Virus record (IMG/VR): IMGVR_UViG_3300023278_002686
Location: 1 to 64,000 of that record
Source of the DNA: a virus
Direction: 5' to 3' (one strand)
Length of the DNA: 64,000 nt
Shown one piece after another: positions 46,547-55,670 of the stretch (position 1 is its first letter; every line of letters begins with the position of its first letter). The position numbers were made by a program, and so were the translations under genes. The notes beneath the pieces were generated by a model. The model was not told the DNA's origin. It was given only the letters and a program-made list of their open reading frames with translations, and made no database searches.

Positions 46547-47638
46547 ATGAAAATAAGTGTAACTACAGGAATACTATCTATGATAGTATTAATTCTTTCT
46601 TTAATTCTTTCTTTTTATCTATTAGACTATAACCGCGTATTAAATCATCAAATTACTAATTTAGAAAAAAAAGTAAATAAATTAGAAATAGATTCAAAAG
46701 AATTACAAAAGGATACATCTGATTTTCTGTTTATGGGAAATACTATGATGGATGGGATCGTATCTACTTTAAATGGATTAGAAAAATCTAATAAAAGAAT
46801 AGATTATGAAGTTGATTTAAACACATTTAAAGATTATAATAAATTTTTAAATATTAAAGTTAAGGATCGTAAAGTTTTACCTAATCCATATGATAAAAGA
46901 ATATCTACAAGAATATATGAAGAAATTCCTTTATCATATCCTATACAAAATGGTGAAGGTCATATTACATGTTTTTTTGGATCTGGAAGAGATCCTTTTA
47001 CAGGTAAAAAAAGATTTCACGCAGGTTTAGATATATCTAATTCTGGAAAGATAGGTGCAAAAATAGTAGCAACTGCAAAAGGTAAAGTATTACATGTTGG
47101 TTATGATAAAAAAGGATATGGCAGATATATTATACTGATACATCAATATGGATTTCTTACTATTTATGCTCACTTAAATGATACGTTAGTTAAACGAGGT
47201 CAATATGTGGACTGTGGACAATCGATAGGTATCTTAGGAGGAACCGGTAAATCAACAGGTCCCCATCTACACTATGAGATAAGATGTAATCTTACTCCCG
47301 TAGATCCTTTACAATTTATGGCTATTAAAAATATTAATGGTGCTATTAAATATCTTAGATATAAGAAGTTAGACTCTAGTAAAATAATTTATAATCAAAA
47401 AGAAATAAAAAGTATCCTACTTGACTTGAAATTTAGATTTAATAAAATAGATAAATTTAAAAAGAATTCTTATTATAAAAAATATGTTCCAATTTTTCCT
47501 AATTTTGAAGAAAAGTTTATACTTCCTTCTGAAGATATTCCAGATATATCTATTCCAGAAGAGGGTCATAAAACTTTATGGAATTTTCTTTTATTGATAT
47601 TAGGATTAGTTATTTTCGTAGGAATTTGTTTAGTATGA
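46547..47638 (+). CDS. M23 metallopeptidase (peptidoglycan endopeptidase) with N- and C-terminal TM segments
   Basis: HAGLD, YAHL, STGPHLHYE. Confidence 0.9.
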   Translation: MKISVTTGILSMIVLILSLILSFYLLDYNRVLNHQITNLEKKVNKLEIDSKELQKDTSDFLFMGNTMMDGIVSTLNGLEKSNKRIDYEVDLNTFKDYNKFLNIKVKDRKVLPNPYDKRISTRIYEEIPLSYPIQNGEGHITCFFGSGRDPFTGKKRFHAGLDISNSGKIGAKIVATAKGKVLHVGYDKKGYGRYIILIHQYGFLTIYAHLNDTLVKRGQYVDCGQSIGILGGTGKSTGPHLHYEIRCNLTPVDPLQFMAIKNINGAIKYLRYKKLDSSKIIYNQKEIKSILLDLKFRFNKIDKFKKNSYYKKYVPIFPNFEEKFILPSEDIPDISIPEEGHKTLWNFLLLILGLVIFVGICLV

Positions 47639-47861
47639 ATTATAATATAAATCAGGTTAGAAATAGAGAACTAAATATATCCGCACTAGAAGATTATATT
47701 GAAGAATTACATGAAGAACAATATAAAACAAATCAAATGTTAATAGTTTATAAAAAGTTTGTAAAAAATATTCGAGATAATTACGATTGCGATAGAGATG
47801 CTCATAAGTATAATACTCCTTGTAGATGCTGTGAAGCTGACAAAATATTACAAGGCATATT

Positions 47862-48095
47862 ATGAACATACACAATAAACCTAAAAATAAAGAAGAAAGA
47901 GATATAATAAGAGCAAAAGCTCTTGATTCTTGTATGGAATTAACTAAAATAAAAATAAAGGTTACTTGTTCTTGTTGTAATAAGAAATTTGAATTAGATT
48001 TAATGTTTAGATGTTATTATTGTGGACTTATGTTTTGTAATGATTGTGCTGAAATACATTTTGGAAAAAGAGAAAGTTTTGTTGATATATCTTAA
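47862..48095 (+). CDS. zinc-finger protein (AN1-like spacing)
   Basis: C.CC..., C.YC...FC..C...H. Confidence 0.6.
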   Translation: MNIHNKPKNKEERDIIRAKALDSCMELTKIKIKVTCSCCNKKFELDLMFRCYYCGLMFCNDCAEIHFGKRESFVDIS

Positions 48096-48251
48096 AAAAT
48101 GTATATTATAATAATAAGGAGTATAAAATGCTAACTAATGAGGATAAGAATTTAAATATAGATAAAAGACATAATATATTAGTTATTCCTTTTTATGAAA
48201 GAGAAGAAAACAATTTTAACGATTGGCCCGAACGAAATTATGGGGAGGTAG

Positions 48252-48431
48252 ATGGTAAAAAGATACGGACTATATCTTATTAGGTGGCAATGTTCCACTC
48301 CAATATTAGCAATTTGTGTAAATTCATTTGCAAAATTTGGAGTAATGTGGTCTACCATATTTGCAAATTTGATAGGAGGTCTATTATTTTTTTGGATAGA
48401 CTTTTTAATATTTAAAAGGAGGAGTACATGA
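48252..48431 (+). CDS. small membrane protein (59 aa, not in ORF track)
   Basis: YLIRWQCSTPIL...ANLIGG..FFWID..IF; SD GGAGG. Confidence 0.55.
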   Translation: MVKRYGLYLIRWQCSTPILAICVNSFAKFGVMWSTIFANLIGGLLFFWIDFLIFKRRST

Positions 48432-48754
48432 ATAAAAAATATTATTTATATGACTTTCAAATTCAAAAATCTTTTCTTACAGAAAGAAAAGTAGAAAATG
48501 TTGATGGTGTTTATACTTTTACATCTGAAGATTACATGGTAGTTGGAATTCCCTTACAGAATGGGGAAGTTAAAAGAGAAATGATTTCAATGAAGAAATT
48601 AGGACATGCTGAATTTAATATTCCTGAGAAATACTTACTTAGTGAAGTAATTAACACTGAAGATTCTTTTCTTGTGAAAGAATATCTTGCGAAGAAGTCA
48701 GGAATTGTTATCGCTCCAGCAGGTGCTGTAAAAAAATTAAAATTGGCTGAGTAA
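48428..48754 (+). CDS. hypothetical protein
   Basis: SD AGGAGG; C-terminal SGIVIA. Confidence 0.65.
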   Translation: MNKKYYLYDFQIQKSFLTERKVENVDGVYTFTSEDYMVVGIPLQNGEVKREMISMKKLGHAEFNIPEKYLLSEVINTEDSFLVKEYLAKKSGIVIAPAGAVKKLKLAE

Positions 48755-49000
48755 ATGAAAAAATGTTGTGATTTATATTATCAAAAATATATTAACTCAA
48801 CAGGTGAATTAATTTTACAGAGTTACTTAGAAGTAGTAACTCTGTACCTTCATCATTGTATTCAAGTTTTAAATAAAAATAAAGAAATTCCTAAATCTCT
48901 TGAAGAATATCATCAAGTTTTTGATAATTTATTTGATCAAAATAAATTATGTAAATGTTCATGTCATATTATAGGAAAGGAAGTGAATCATGAAAATTAA
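48755..49000 (+). CDS. hypothetical protein
   Basis: CC ... C.C.CH. Confidence 0.55.
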   Translation: MKKCCDLYYQKYINSTGELILQSYLEVVTLYLHHCIQVLNKNKEIPKSLEEYHQVFDNLFDQNKLCKCSCHIIGKEVNHEN

Positions 49001-49310
49001 AGGCTATGAATTTATTGAAAGTTATATAAATAGAGTTGGAATACAAACTTTAATAGCTAGTGGAAATTGTTTTAGTGCTTTAAATAATAAAGATCATTTT
49101 GCTATTGTGAATATGTCTATAGAAAATTTAGAATATTTATTAGAACAAAAAATAGTAGAATTTCCTATAAGAGTATTAGTAGTCAAAGATACAAAAGATG
49201 CTTTTATTGTAGATGAGAGAATTCCAGAAGATTTTTATAGGGAGGATTATTGTTCTAGTTGTCCTTCCAAAAATTATAATAATATCTTTGACAAAAAAGA
49301 TTTTATTTAA
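48990..49310 (+). CDS. hypothetical protein
   Basis: ORF in operon context. Confidence 0.55.
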   Translation: MKIKGYEFIESYINRVGIQTLIASGNCFSALNNKDHFAIVNMSIENLEYLLEQKIVEFPIRVLVVKDTKDAFIVDERIPEDFYREDYCSSCPSKNYNNIFDKKDFI

Positions 49311-49343
49311 TATATTACTAATAAACAGATATAAGGAGGAAAA

Positions 49344-49698
49344 TATGTCTGATGAAACTAAAGAAAAAATAGTTCAAGAAGGTGCTTTTATTAGTTCTTT
49401 AAAAAGAAATAATAAGCAAATTAGAGAAGATCGAGCTACTGCTATAGCAGAAGATACTGAAGTTGTATATAGAAGAAAAAAAGAAGATCTTGAAATGAGT
49501 ATTAAACGAATGAAGAGAGATCAAGAAAATATGCTTGATTTATCTCCTACTAATGCTCTAAATCTTACAATTGCGAGCGATTTTGATGCAATTGATTATG
49601 TAGCTAAAGAAATTGAATTAGGACTTAAGATTCGAAATGCAGAAATTACATTAGAAATTGTTAAAACTCGACTTGAGTATTTATTTGGGGGTAATTAA
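49344..49698 (+). CDS. coiled-coil protein, first gene of vWA/PurA-like operon
   Basis: start MSDETK after AGGAGG; promoter TTGACA-N17-TATATT at 49288-49316. Confidence 0.7.
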
Positions 49699-50564
49699 TG
49701 GGTGGTGGAACATATTCAATTAGTAATAGTACTTCACGTAGGGATACGTTGGATTATGCTCATAAATCAATAGATCAGATTTTTACAAGTAAATCTATTG
49801 AAAAAACAATGGACCCTATAAATTTCGATATAAGAGAAGCTAGAGATAGTGAAGAACATCCTGAATCTATTGCAGTAATTATTAATTTAGATGTAACTGG
49901 GTCAATGGGAGCAATACCACATTATTTAATTCGAAATGGACTTCCAAATCTTATGGGAAAAGTTCAACAATTAGGAATTAAAGATCCTCAAATTCTTATG
50001 ACTGCTATTGGAGATCACGAATGTGATAGATCTCCTTTACAAATAGGACAATTCGAATCTAGTGACGAACTTATAGATAAGTGGTTAACTTCTATTTATG
50101 TAGAAGGAGGTGGTGGTGGAAATAATGGAGAAAGTTATCTTTTAGCATGGTATCTTGCTACATTTAAGACCTCTATCGATTGTTGGGAAAAGAGAAAACA
50201 AAAAGGATTTCTTTTTACAATAGGTGATGAACCTACTCTTAGGAATATTCCTGGATTAGTATTAAACGATCTATGTGGAAATGGACAACATAAAGATTAT
50301 TCTGCTACAGAGCTTTTAAGTTTGGCAAAAGAAAAATATCATGTTTTTCATTTACATCTTAAGGAAGGGTTTAATGGTATGGATCCTAATGTTATGGGAG
50401 ATTGGAAACAATTGCTTGGAGAAAATCTTATTATTATAGATAATAAAGAAGATATCTCAAAAGTAATTCCAGAAATTATTGCTAAACATTATAAGAGTAA
50501 TGTATTAGAAGAAGTAGTTTCTGTTTCAGAAAATGAAGAAGAAAAAGAGGAAATTATATTATGA
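49698..50564 (+). CDS. von Willebrand factor A (MIDAS) domain protein
   Basis: DVTGSM, IGD, EGGGGGN..ESY, IGDE. Confidence 0.8.
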   Translation: MGGGTYSISNSTSRRDTLDYAHKSIDQIFTSKSIEKTMDPINFDIREARDSEEHPESIAVIINLDVTGSMGAIPHYLIRNGLPNLMGKVQQLGIKDPQILMTAIGDHECDRSPLQIGQFESSDELIDKWLTSIYVEGGGGGNNGESYLLAWYLATFKTSIDCWEKRKQKGFLFTIGDEPTLRNIPGLVLNDLCGNGQHKDYSATELLSLAKEKYHVFHLHLKEGFNGMDPNVMGDWKQLLGENLIIIDNKEDISKVIPEIIAKHYKSNVLEEVVSVSENEEEKEEIIL

Positions 50565-51679
50565 GTAATGTAGCCGTTATTGGATTAGGTTTTGGTGATG
50601 AGGGTAAAGGATTAGTAACTGATTATCTATGTTCTAAATTATCTAATCCTTTAGTGGTTAGATTTTCTGGTGGACACCAGGCTGCTCATAATGTAGTATT
50701 TAAAGATACACAACATATATTTTCTAATTTTGGATCAGGTACATTAAGATGGATTCCTACTTACTGGAGTCCTCAATGTACTATTGATCCTATTGGAATT
50801 TTAAATGAATTAAAAATTTTAAAAGATAAAAATATAAATCCAAAACTTTTTATAGATGCTGAATGCCCAGTTACCACACCGTATGATAAGTGTGCTAATC
50901 AAATACAATTTACTAAGAATAATCATGGATCAGTAGGGGTTGGATTTGGAACTACTATTCAAAGAGAAAAAGATTTTTATTCTTTAAAATTTATAGATTT
51001 ATTTTATCCTCAAGTTTTTAAAGAAAAATTAAAAATGATTATTAATTATTATGATTTTTCAACACCTCAAGACGAAATAGATATTATTACCAGAGAATTT
51101 AAAATGGTTTGTAAGGAATTAATTAGAACTAAAGGAATTGAAATGGTTCCTTATAGATCTTCAATGAATTTTGATAATTATATATATGAAGGATCTCAAG
51201 GATTAATGTTAGATCCTAAAATTGGATTTTTTCCACATGTTACTCGATCAAATATAATGATAAATACTTTAAAGAATAATGATTATATTCGTCAATATTA
51301 TATGGTAACTAGAGCATATTGTACTCGACATGGAAATGGACCATTTCCTAATGAAGGAAAAAGTGATCATATAAAAGATAATCCAGATGAAACAAATGTA
51401 TATAATGAATATCAAGGTAATTTTAAAAAAATTATTTTAGATGTTTCTTTATTAGAATATGCTATAAGAAGAACTTCTTTAAAAAGATATAATTCAAAAA
51501 ATACATTAGTAATTACATGTATGGATCATTTAAGTGAGTACTTATTTTTATATTCAGGACAAGTTTGTAAAGCAGATAGTAAAGAAGATATGGCTATTAA
51601 GATAGCATCTTTATTAAATATAGATCATGTTTTAATAAGCACAGGTTGTACAGCTGACGATATAAAGGAAATAAACTAA
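50561..51679 (+). CDS. divergent adenylosuccinate synthetase (PurA)-like protein
   Basis: GDEGKG, RFSGG.QA.H, HGSVGVG, EGSQG..LD, FPHVTRS, TRHG.GPFP.E. Confidence 0.82.
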   Translation: MSNVAVIGLGFGDEGKGLVTDYLCSKLSNPLVVRFSGGHQAAHNVVFKDTQHIFSNFGSGTLRWIPTYWSPQCTIDPIGILNELKILKDKNINPKLFIDAECPVTTPYDKCANQIQFTKNNHGSVGVGFGTTIQREKDFYSLKFIDLFYPQVFKEKLKMIINYYDFSTPQDEIDIITREFKMVCKELIRTKGIEMVPYRSSMNFDNYIYEGSQGLMLDPKIGFFPHVTRSNIMINTLKNNDYIRQYYMVTRAYCTRHGNGPFPNEGKSDHIKDNPDETNVYNEYQGNFKKIILDVSLLEYAIRRTSLKRYNSKNTLVITCMDHLSEYLFLYSGQVCKADSKEDMAIKIASLLNIDHVLISTGCTADDIKEIN

Positions 51680-51930
51680 TGTGGTTTGATATGTTACATA
51701 TAGTTCTACAAGATAATATAAAAGAATTTGCTATTTTAAGTTTTAATGCATTAAAAGGTAGTAGACATTTTTTAAGTTTTAGATGGGAAAAAGGATTTAG
51801 TGAAGAAGAACAAAAATATTATAAATTATTTAATATTCATCTCTTATTTAATTGGAATTATCATAGAATAAAATATTTAAAATTAAAACGTAAATATACT
51901 GCAAATTTTATTGATAATATTAAAAATTAA
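51679..51930 (+). CDS. hypothetical protein
   Basis: ORF, stop/start overlap. Confidence 0.5.
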   Translation: MWFDMLHIVLQDNIKEFAILSFNALKGSRHFLSFRWEKGFSEEEQKYYKLFNIHLLFNWNYHRIKYLKLKRKYTANFIDNIKN

Positions 51931-51939
51931 TTATATTAT
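51911..51939 (+). promoter_or_regulatory. sigma70-type promoter, likely leaderless transcript
   Basis: TTGATA-N17-TATTAT, ATG 6 nt downstream, no SD. Confidence 0.6.
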
Positions 51940-51945
51940 ATTAAT

Positions 51946-52506
51946 ATGAGTAATATATGGTATTCATCAGATTGGCATTTATCTCATCATAATTTAAGAA
52001 AAGTTTTTAGACCTCAATTTTCTTCAAGTGAAGAAATGGATTTATATATAATAGAAAAGTTTTTTTCTGAAGTTAAAAATGGAGATAGATTTTATTTCCT
52101 TGGAGATTTAGCTTGGAACAAACAAATAGGTCAACAATTTTTTGAAAGATTAAAAAAGACTAATATACAATTTTATTTTGTATATGGAAATCATGATAAG
52201 AAATTATGGAAAAAATCTTATCTTTCTAAATATTGTACTACACAACCATCGTGGATAAAAGATATTAAAATAGATAGTGTTAAAATAGCACTATGTCATT
52301 ATCCAATGTTATCATGGAATTGTAGTCATTATAATGCGTATATGCTTCACGGACATCATCATTCAAATGCTATGGATAGATTTCAAGGTAAAAGAATGAA
52401 TGTATGTTTAGACATGAGAAACTATCAATTTGTAACTCATGATGAAGTTTTAGAATATATGAAAAATCAACCAGATAACTGGGATTTAATTAAAAAGGAG
52501 AATTAG
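51946..52506 (+). CDS. calcineurin-like metallophosphoesterase
   Basis: SDWH, LGD, GNHD, CHYP, HGHHH. Confidence 0.88.
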   Translation: MSNIWYSSDWHLSHHNLRKVFRPQFSSSEEMDLYIIEKFFSEVKNGDRFYFLGDLAWNKQIGQQFFERLKKTNIQFYFVYGNHDKKLWKKSYLSKYCTTQPSWIKDIKIDSVKIALCHYPMLSWNCSHYNAYMLHGHHHSNAMDRFQGKRMNVCLDMRNYQFVTHDEVLEYMKNQPDNWDLIKKEN

Positions 52507-52743
52507 ATGACTATTACACAGGAAACAAAAGAAAAAATTGAAAAGACTTTTAAGAGTATTTATTCTAACAAGGAAGATATTAGTGATTTAGGTAAAGCTA
52601 ATAGCGGTTTATTAGAAACACTTTCTAGTGATTTAGAAGTAGAAAAGAAAGTTATAACCAAAACGTATAAAAAATGGGTAGAAACTAGAAAAGGTGATGA
52701 TTCTTCTGATCAAGCAGATGAAATTTTTGAGTATATAAGATAG
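52507..52743 (+). CDS. small helical dsDNA-binding protein (T4 DsbA/GapR-like, tentative)
   Basis: size and helical pattern only. Confidence 0.35.
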   Translation: MTITQETKEKIEKTFKSIYSNKEDISDLGKANSGLLETLSSDLEVEKKVITKTYKKWVETRKGDDSSDQADEIFEYIR

Positions 52744-52745
52744 AT

Positions 52746-53153
52746 ATGACAACAGAAAATACAAAACTTTTTAACCTATTTAAAGAAGAATGTTTATATT
52801 GGATTAATGAATTTTCATTAAATGATTGGGAAGTATCATTTGATCGTACTGATGATTATGAATGTGTTGCAAAGATATGTTGGAATACGTTAGCTAAAAA
52901 TGCTACAATTGTATTATCTAGTAGATTAGATAAAGAAAGTTCTCATGAGTTTTATATTAGAGGAGCAGCTTTTCATGAAGTATGTGAGTTATTATTAAGT
53001 TATTTAGTTGATGAATTAATTCCAATATATGCATCTGAATATATTCAAGAAAAAGTGCACTCAATTATTAGAAGATTAGAAAATACATTTTTTAATAAAA
53101 AATATGACAAATTAAGAAAAGATTATATTAATAAATTAGGGAGTTACAAATGA
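52746..53153 (+). CDS. zincin-like hypothetical protein
   Basis: AFHEVCE variant of HExxH. Confidence 0.45.
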   Translation: MTTENTKLFNLFKEECLYWINEFSLNDWEVSFDRTDDYECVAKICWNTLAKNATIVLSSRLDKESSHEFYIRGAAFHEVCELLLSYLVDELIPIYASEYIQEKVHSIIRRLENTFFNKKYDKLRKDYINKLGSYK

Positions 53154-53704
53154 ATTTATGTGAAATATGCAAAGACGATAGAAAAATTTTCTATTCAACA
53201 AAATGTAAACAATCTCTTTGCGTAAAACATTATATGCAATTGAAAAGATTTGAAAAAATAAGAGATAATACACCGTCTATTCCTAAAAAAAATAACGAAT
53301 GGATTAAGAAAAAAGATCATTATATATTACGTATTCATACTAAAAATAAGTATAATGATGTTTTAATTGATTTAAATGATTTTGCAAAAGTATCTAGATA
53401 TCATTGGAATATTATTTCTAATAGATATGTTATACATGCAAAATCTAAAACTTATTTATCTAATTTACTATTAAATTCTAAAGATGTTAATAAAAAAGTT
53501 TTACATATAGATGGAAATAGTCTAGATAATAGAAAAGAAAATTTAAAAATAATTGATATACATAAATATTTAGAAAAAGGAATTTCTTTTGATAAAGATA
53601 CAGGCAAATATGTAATATATTTATATATGGGTAGATATAATACATTAAAAGAAGCTCAAACAAAGAAAAAAACTTTTGATAAAATATTACAGGAGATGAA
53701 ATGA
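53150..53704 (+). CDS. HNH homing endonuclease with AP2-like C-terminus
   Basis: HIDGNSLDNRKENL, YMGRY.T..EA. Confidence 0.8.
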   Translation: MNLCEICKDDRKIFYSTKCKQSLCVKHYMQLKRFEKIRDNTPSIPKKNNEWIKKKDHYILRIHTKNKYNDVLIDLNDFAKVSRYHWNIISNRYVIHAKSKTYLSNLLLNSKDVNKKVLHIDGNSLDNRKENLKIIDIHKYLEKGISFDKDTGKYVIYLYMGRYNTLKEAQTKKKTFDKILQEMK

Positions 53705-54219
53705 TTTTAATTACAAAAATATGGAATGTTAAAACGCCTACAAGAGGATCTGAATTATCTGCTGGATTAGATTTTTATATACCGGAAGCGACTCCTGAGT
53801 TTATAGGAATTTTATCCTGGAAAAATGGATTAGATCTTAATATTTTTGAGGAAAACCCTGAAATTAAGATTTTTCCTTTCGAGAAAATAATTATTCCTTC
53901 CGGTATTAAAGTAAAAATTCCTAAAGATAAAGTATTAGTTGCTTTCAATAAATCAGGAATAGCTCTTAAAAAAGGATTAGATGTTGGTGCTAGTGTAGTA
54001 GATGCTGACTATGAAGGTGAAATTCATATACATCTTACGAATACAACACAAACAATAAAAGTTTTAAAATTTGGACAAAAAGCAGTACAATTTTTATTAT
54101 TAGATATAAATTATGATAAAATATTAGAAGTTACAGGAGAAGAACTTGAAAAAAGACATGTACTGGATCATAATAGTGATAGAGGTTCAGGTGGATTTGG
54201 AAGTACAGGATTAACATAA
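53701..54219 (+). CDS. dut: trimeric dUTPase
   Basis: SAGLD, KSG, VVDADYEGE, Q, RGSGGFGSTG. Confidence 0.95.
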   Translation: MILITKIWNVKTPTRGSELSAGLDFYIPEATPEFIGILSWKNGLDLNIFEENPEIKIFPFEKIIIPSGIKVKIPKDKVLVAFNKSGIALKKGLDVGASVVDADYEGEIHIHLTNTTQTIKVLKFGQKAVQFLLLDINYDKILEVTGEELEKRHVLDHNSDRGSGGFGSTGLT

Positions 54220-54563
54220 TGGGATTATTTAAAAAACCAATTTATGAACATAATGATTTTAATCAAGAAAATGATATGTCTTTAACTTCCATGGATATGT
54301 TAATTAATGAAGTATATATTCAAGAAATACATAGAGATTTTTTAGAAAATAAAGTTATATTATATAATGAATTAACTAAAAGAAAAGAAGATATAAAAGA
54401 AAAGCATCCTAATTTATCTGAAGAAATATGTATTCGAAATGCATGTTCTTTTTTAGCTTTTCCTTTTTCTGGGAAAATTCAAATGGAAGAAGATGAATTA
54501 AAAAAAGTTTCTAATGAGTTATATCATCTTTATTTTAAGTTAAAAGAATTAATAAACGATTAA
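54219..54563 (+). CDS. hypothetical protein
   Basis: ORF, stop/start overlap. Confidence 0.55.
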   Translation: MGLFKKPIYEHNDFNQENDMSLTSMDMLINEVYIQEIHRDFLENKVILYNELTKRKEDIKEKHPNLSEEICIRNACSFLAFPFSGKIQMEEDELKKVSNELYHLYFKLKELIND

Positions 54564-54575
54564 GAGGAGACTAAT

Positions 54576-55670
54576 ATGAGCATTGGAATATTAAAATTAG
54601 GTGGAAGATTAACCTGGGATGCAGTAGATAAAACAGGTGGCTTAGGAGAAGCGAAAGCTATTTGTGAACTTCTTGCAAAACATAGAAAATTATATATATA
54701 TACGAAAATAAATAATAAAGACAATCTTAATCCAAAACATAATATTAATATATGGGATATAAATACTGTTCATGATTCTTTAGATGATCATGACATATTA
54801 ATAATATTTAATGGACATGTTAATTTTTATGGTGGAGCAGAAAATCCTGAGCAAATAAAGATTTATGAACTAATTAATAAATTTAAAGGTAAAATATTCT
54901 ATATACTTATAGATCCTAATTTGTATTTAAAACAAATATGGAATTCTGTAGAAAAAAAAGAATGGGGATCTAAATATTCTAAAGAGGATATTTTTATTAC
55001 ACGAAATGACATTAATATAATTACTTCTATCTATAATAGAGAAGCAGGTGTCATGCTGTGGAGTAAAGGAAAAATTCCATTTAAAACTTATAATTATTTT
55101 TCATTTGAAAAGTATCCTATGATATTTGCAATGCTTCAGCCTACTTCTAATTTAAAATATGATATATTATATATGGGAACATTCAGAAATGGAAAACGTC
55201 AAGATAAAATGATTAAATATTATTTTGGACATAAATATATAAATTCTATATTTATTGGAAAAACAAAACTTAAAGATTTTACTAAAAAATATTCTGAATT
55301 GATACCTGAGTTTTTACCTCCAGTCCAATTTAAAGATATAGGAACTGAAGTAAATCAATCAATTGCTCATGTATGTATAGGAGATAAATTTTATGAAGGA
55401 AATATTCTTACACCTAGAATATATGAGTGTATAAACTTTAATACTATCTGTTTTATAGATTCTGATCTAGATAAAAATAGATATATATTTGGAGATAATG
55501 ACTATTTTTATGTATCTTCGAGAGAAGAAGTTGAAGAAAAAGTTTTAGAATTAAAAAACAATATAGATTTTAGATTAGAAATGTTACAAAAACAAAGAGA
55601 ATTGATAAATTTTGATATTGATAATTACTCACAAAGATTATATAATATTCTTATAGGAGCTAAAATATGA
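54576..55670 (+). CDS. bgt: T4-type DNA beta-glucosyltransferase homolog (GT-B)
   Basis: VNFYGG, D..L..KQ.W..V....W, Y.GTFR.G.R..KM, IGDK.Y..N..TPR.YE, FID...D: colinear with T4 BGT motifs as recalled. Confidence 0.85.
   Translation: MSIGILKLGGRLTWDAVDKTGGLGEAKAICELLAKHRKLYIYTKINNKDNLNPKHNINIWDINTVHDSLDDHDILIIFNGHVNFYGGAENPEQIKIYELINKFKGKIFYILIDPNLYLKQIWNSVEKKEWGSKYSKEDIFITRNDINIITSIYNREAGVMLWSKGKIPFKTYNYFSFEKYPMIFAMLQPTSNLKYDILYMGTFRNGKRQDKMIKYYFGHKYINSIFIGKTKLKDFTKKYSELIPEFLPPVQFKDIGTEVNQSIAHVCIGDKFYEGNILTPRIYECINFNTICFIDSDLDKNRYIFGDNDYFYVSSREEVEEKVLELKNNIDFRLEMLQKQRELINFDIDNYSQRLYNILIGAKI

Noticed and set aside
50561-51679. PurZ / 2-aminoadenine (Z-genome) pathway
   Set aside because: Keeps the PurA-type Asp in GDEGKG; no DatZ or MazZ-like neighbours seen
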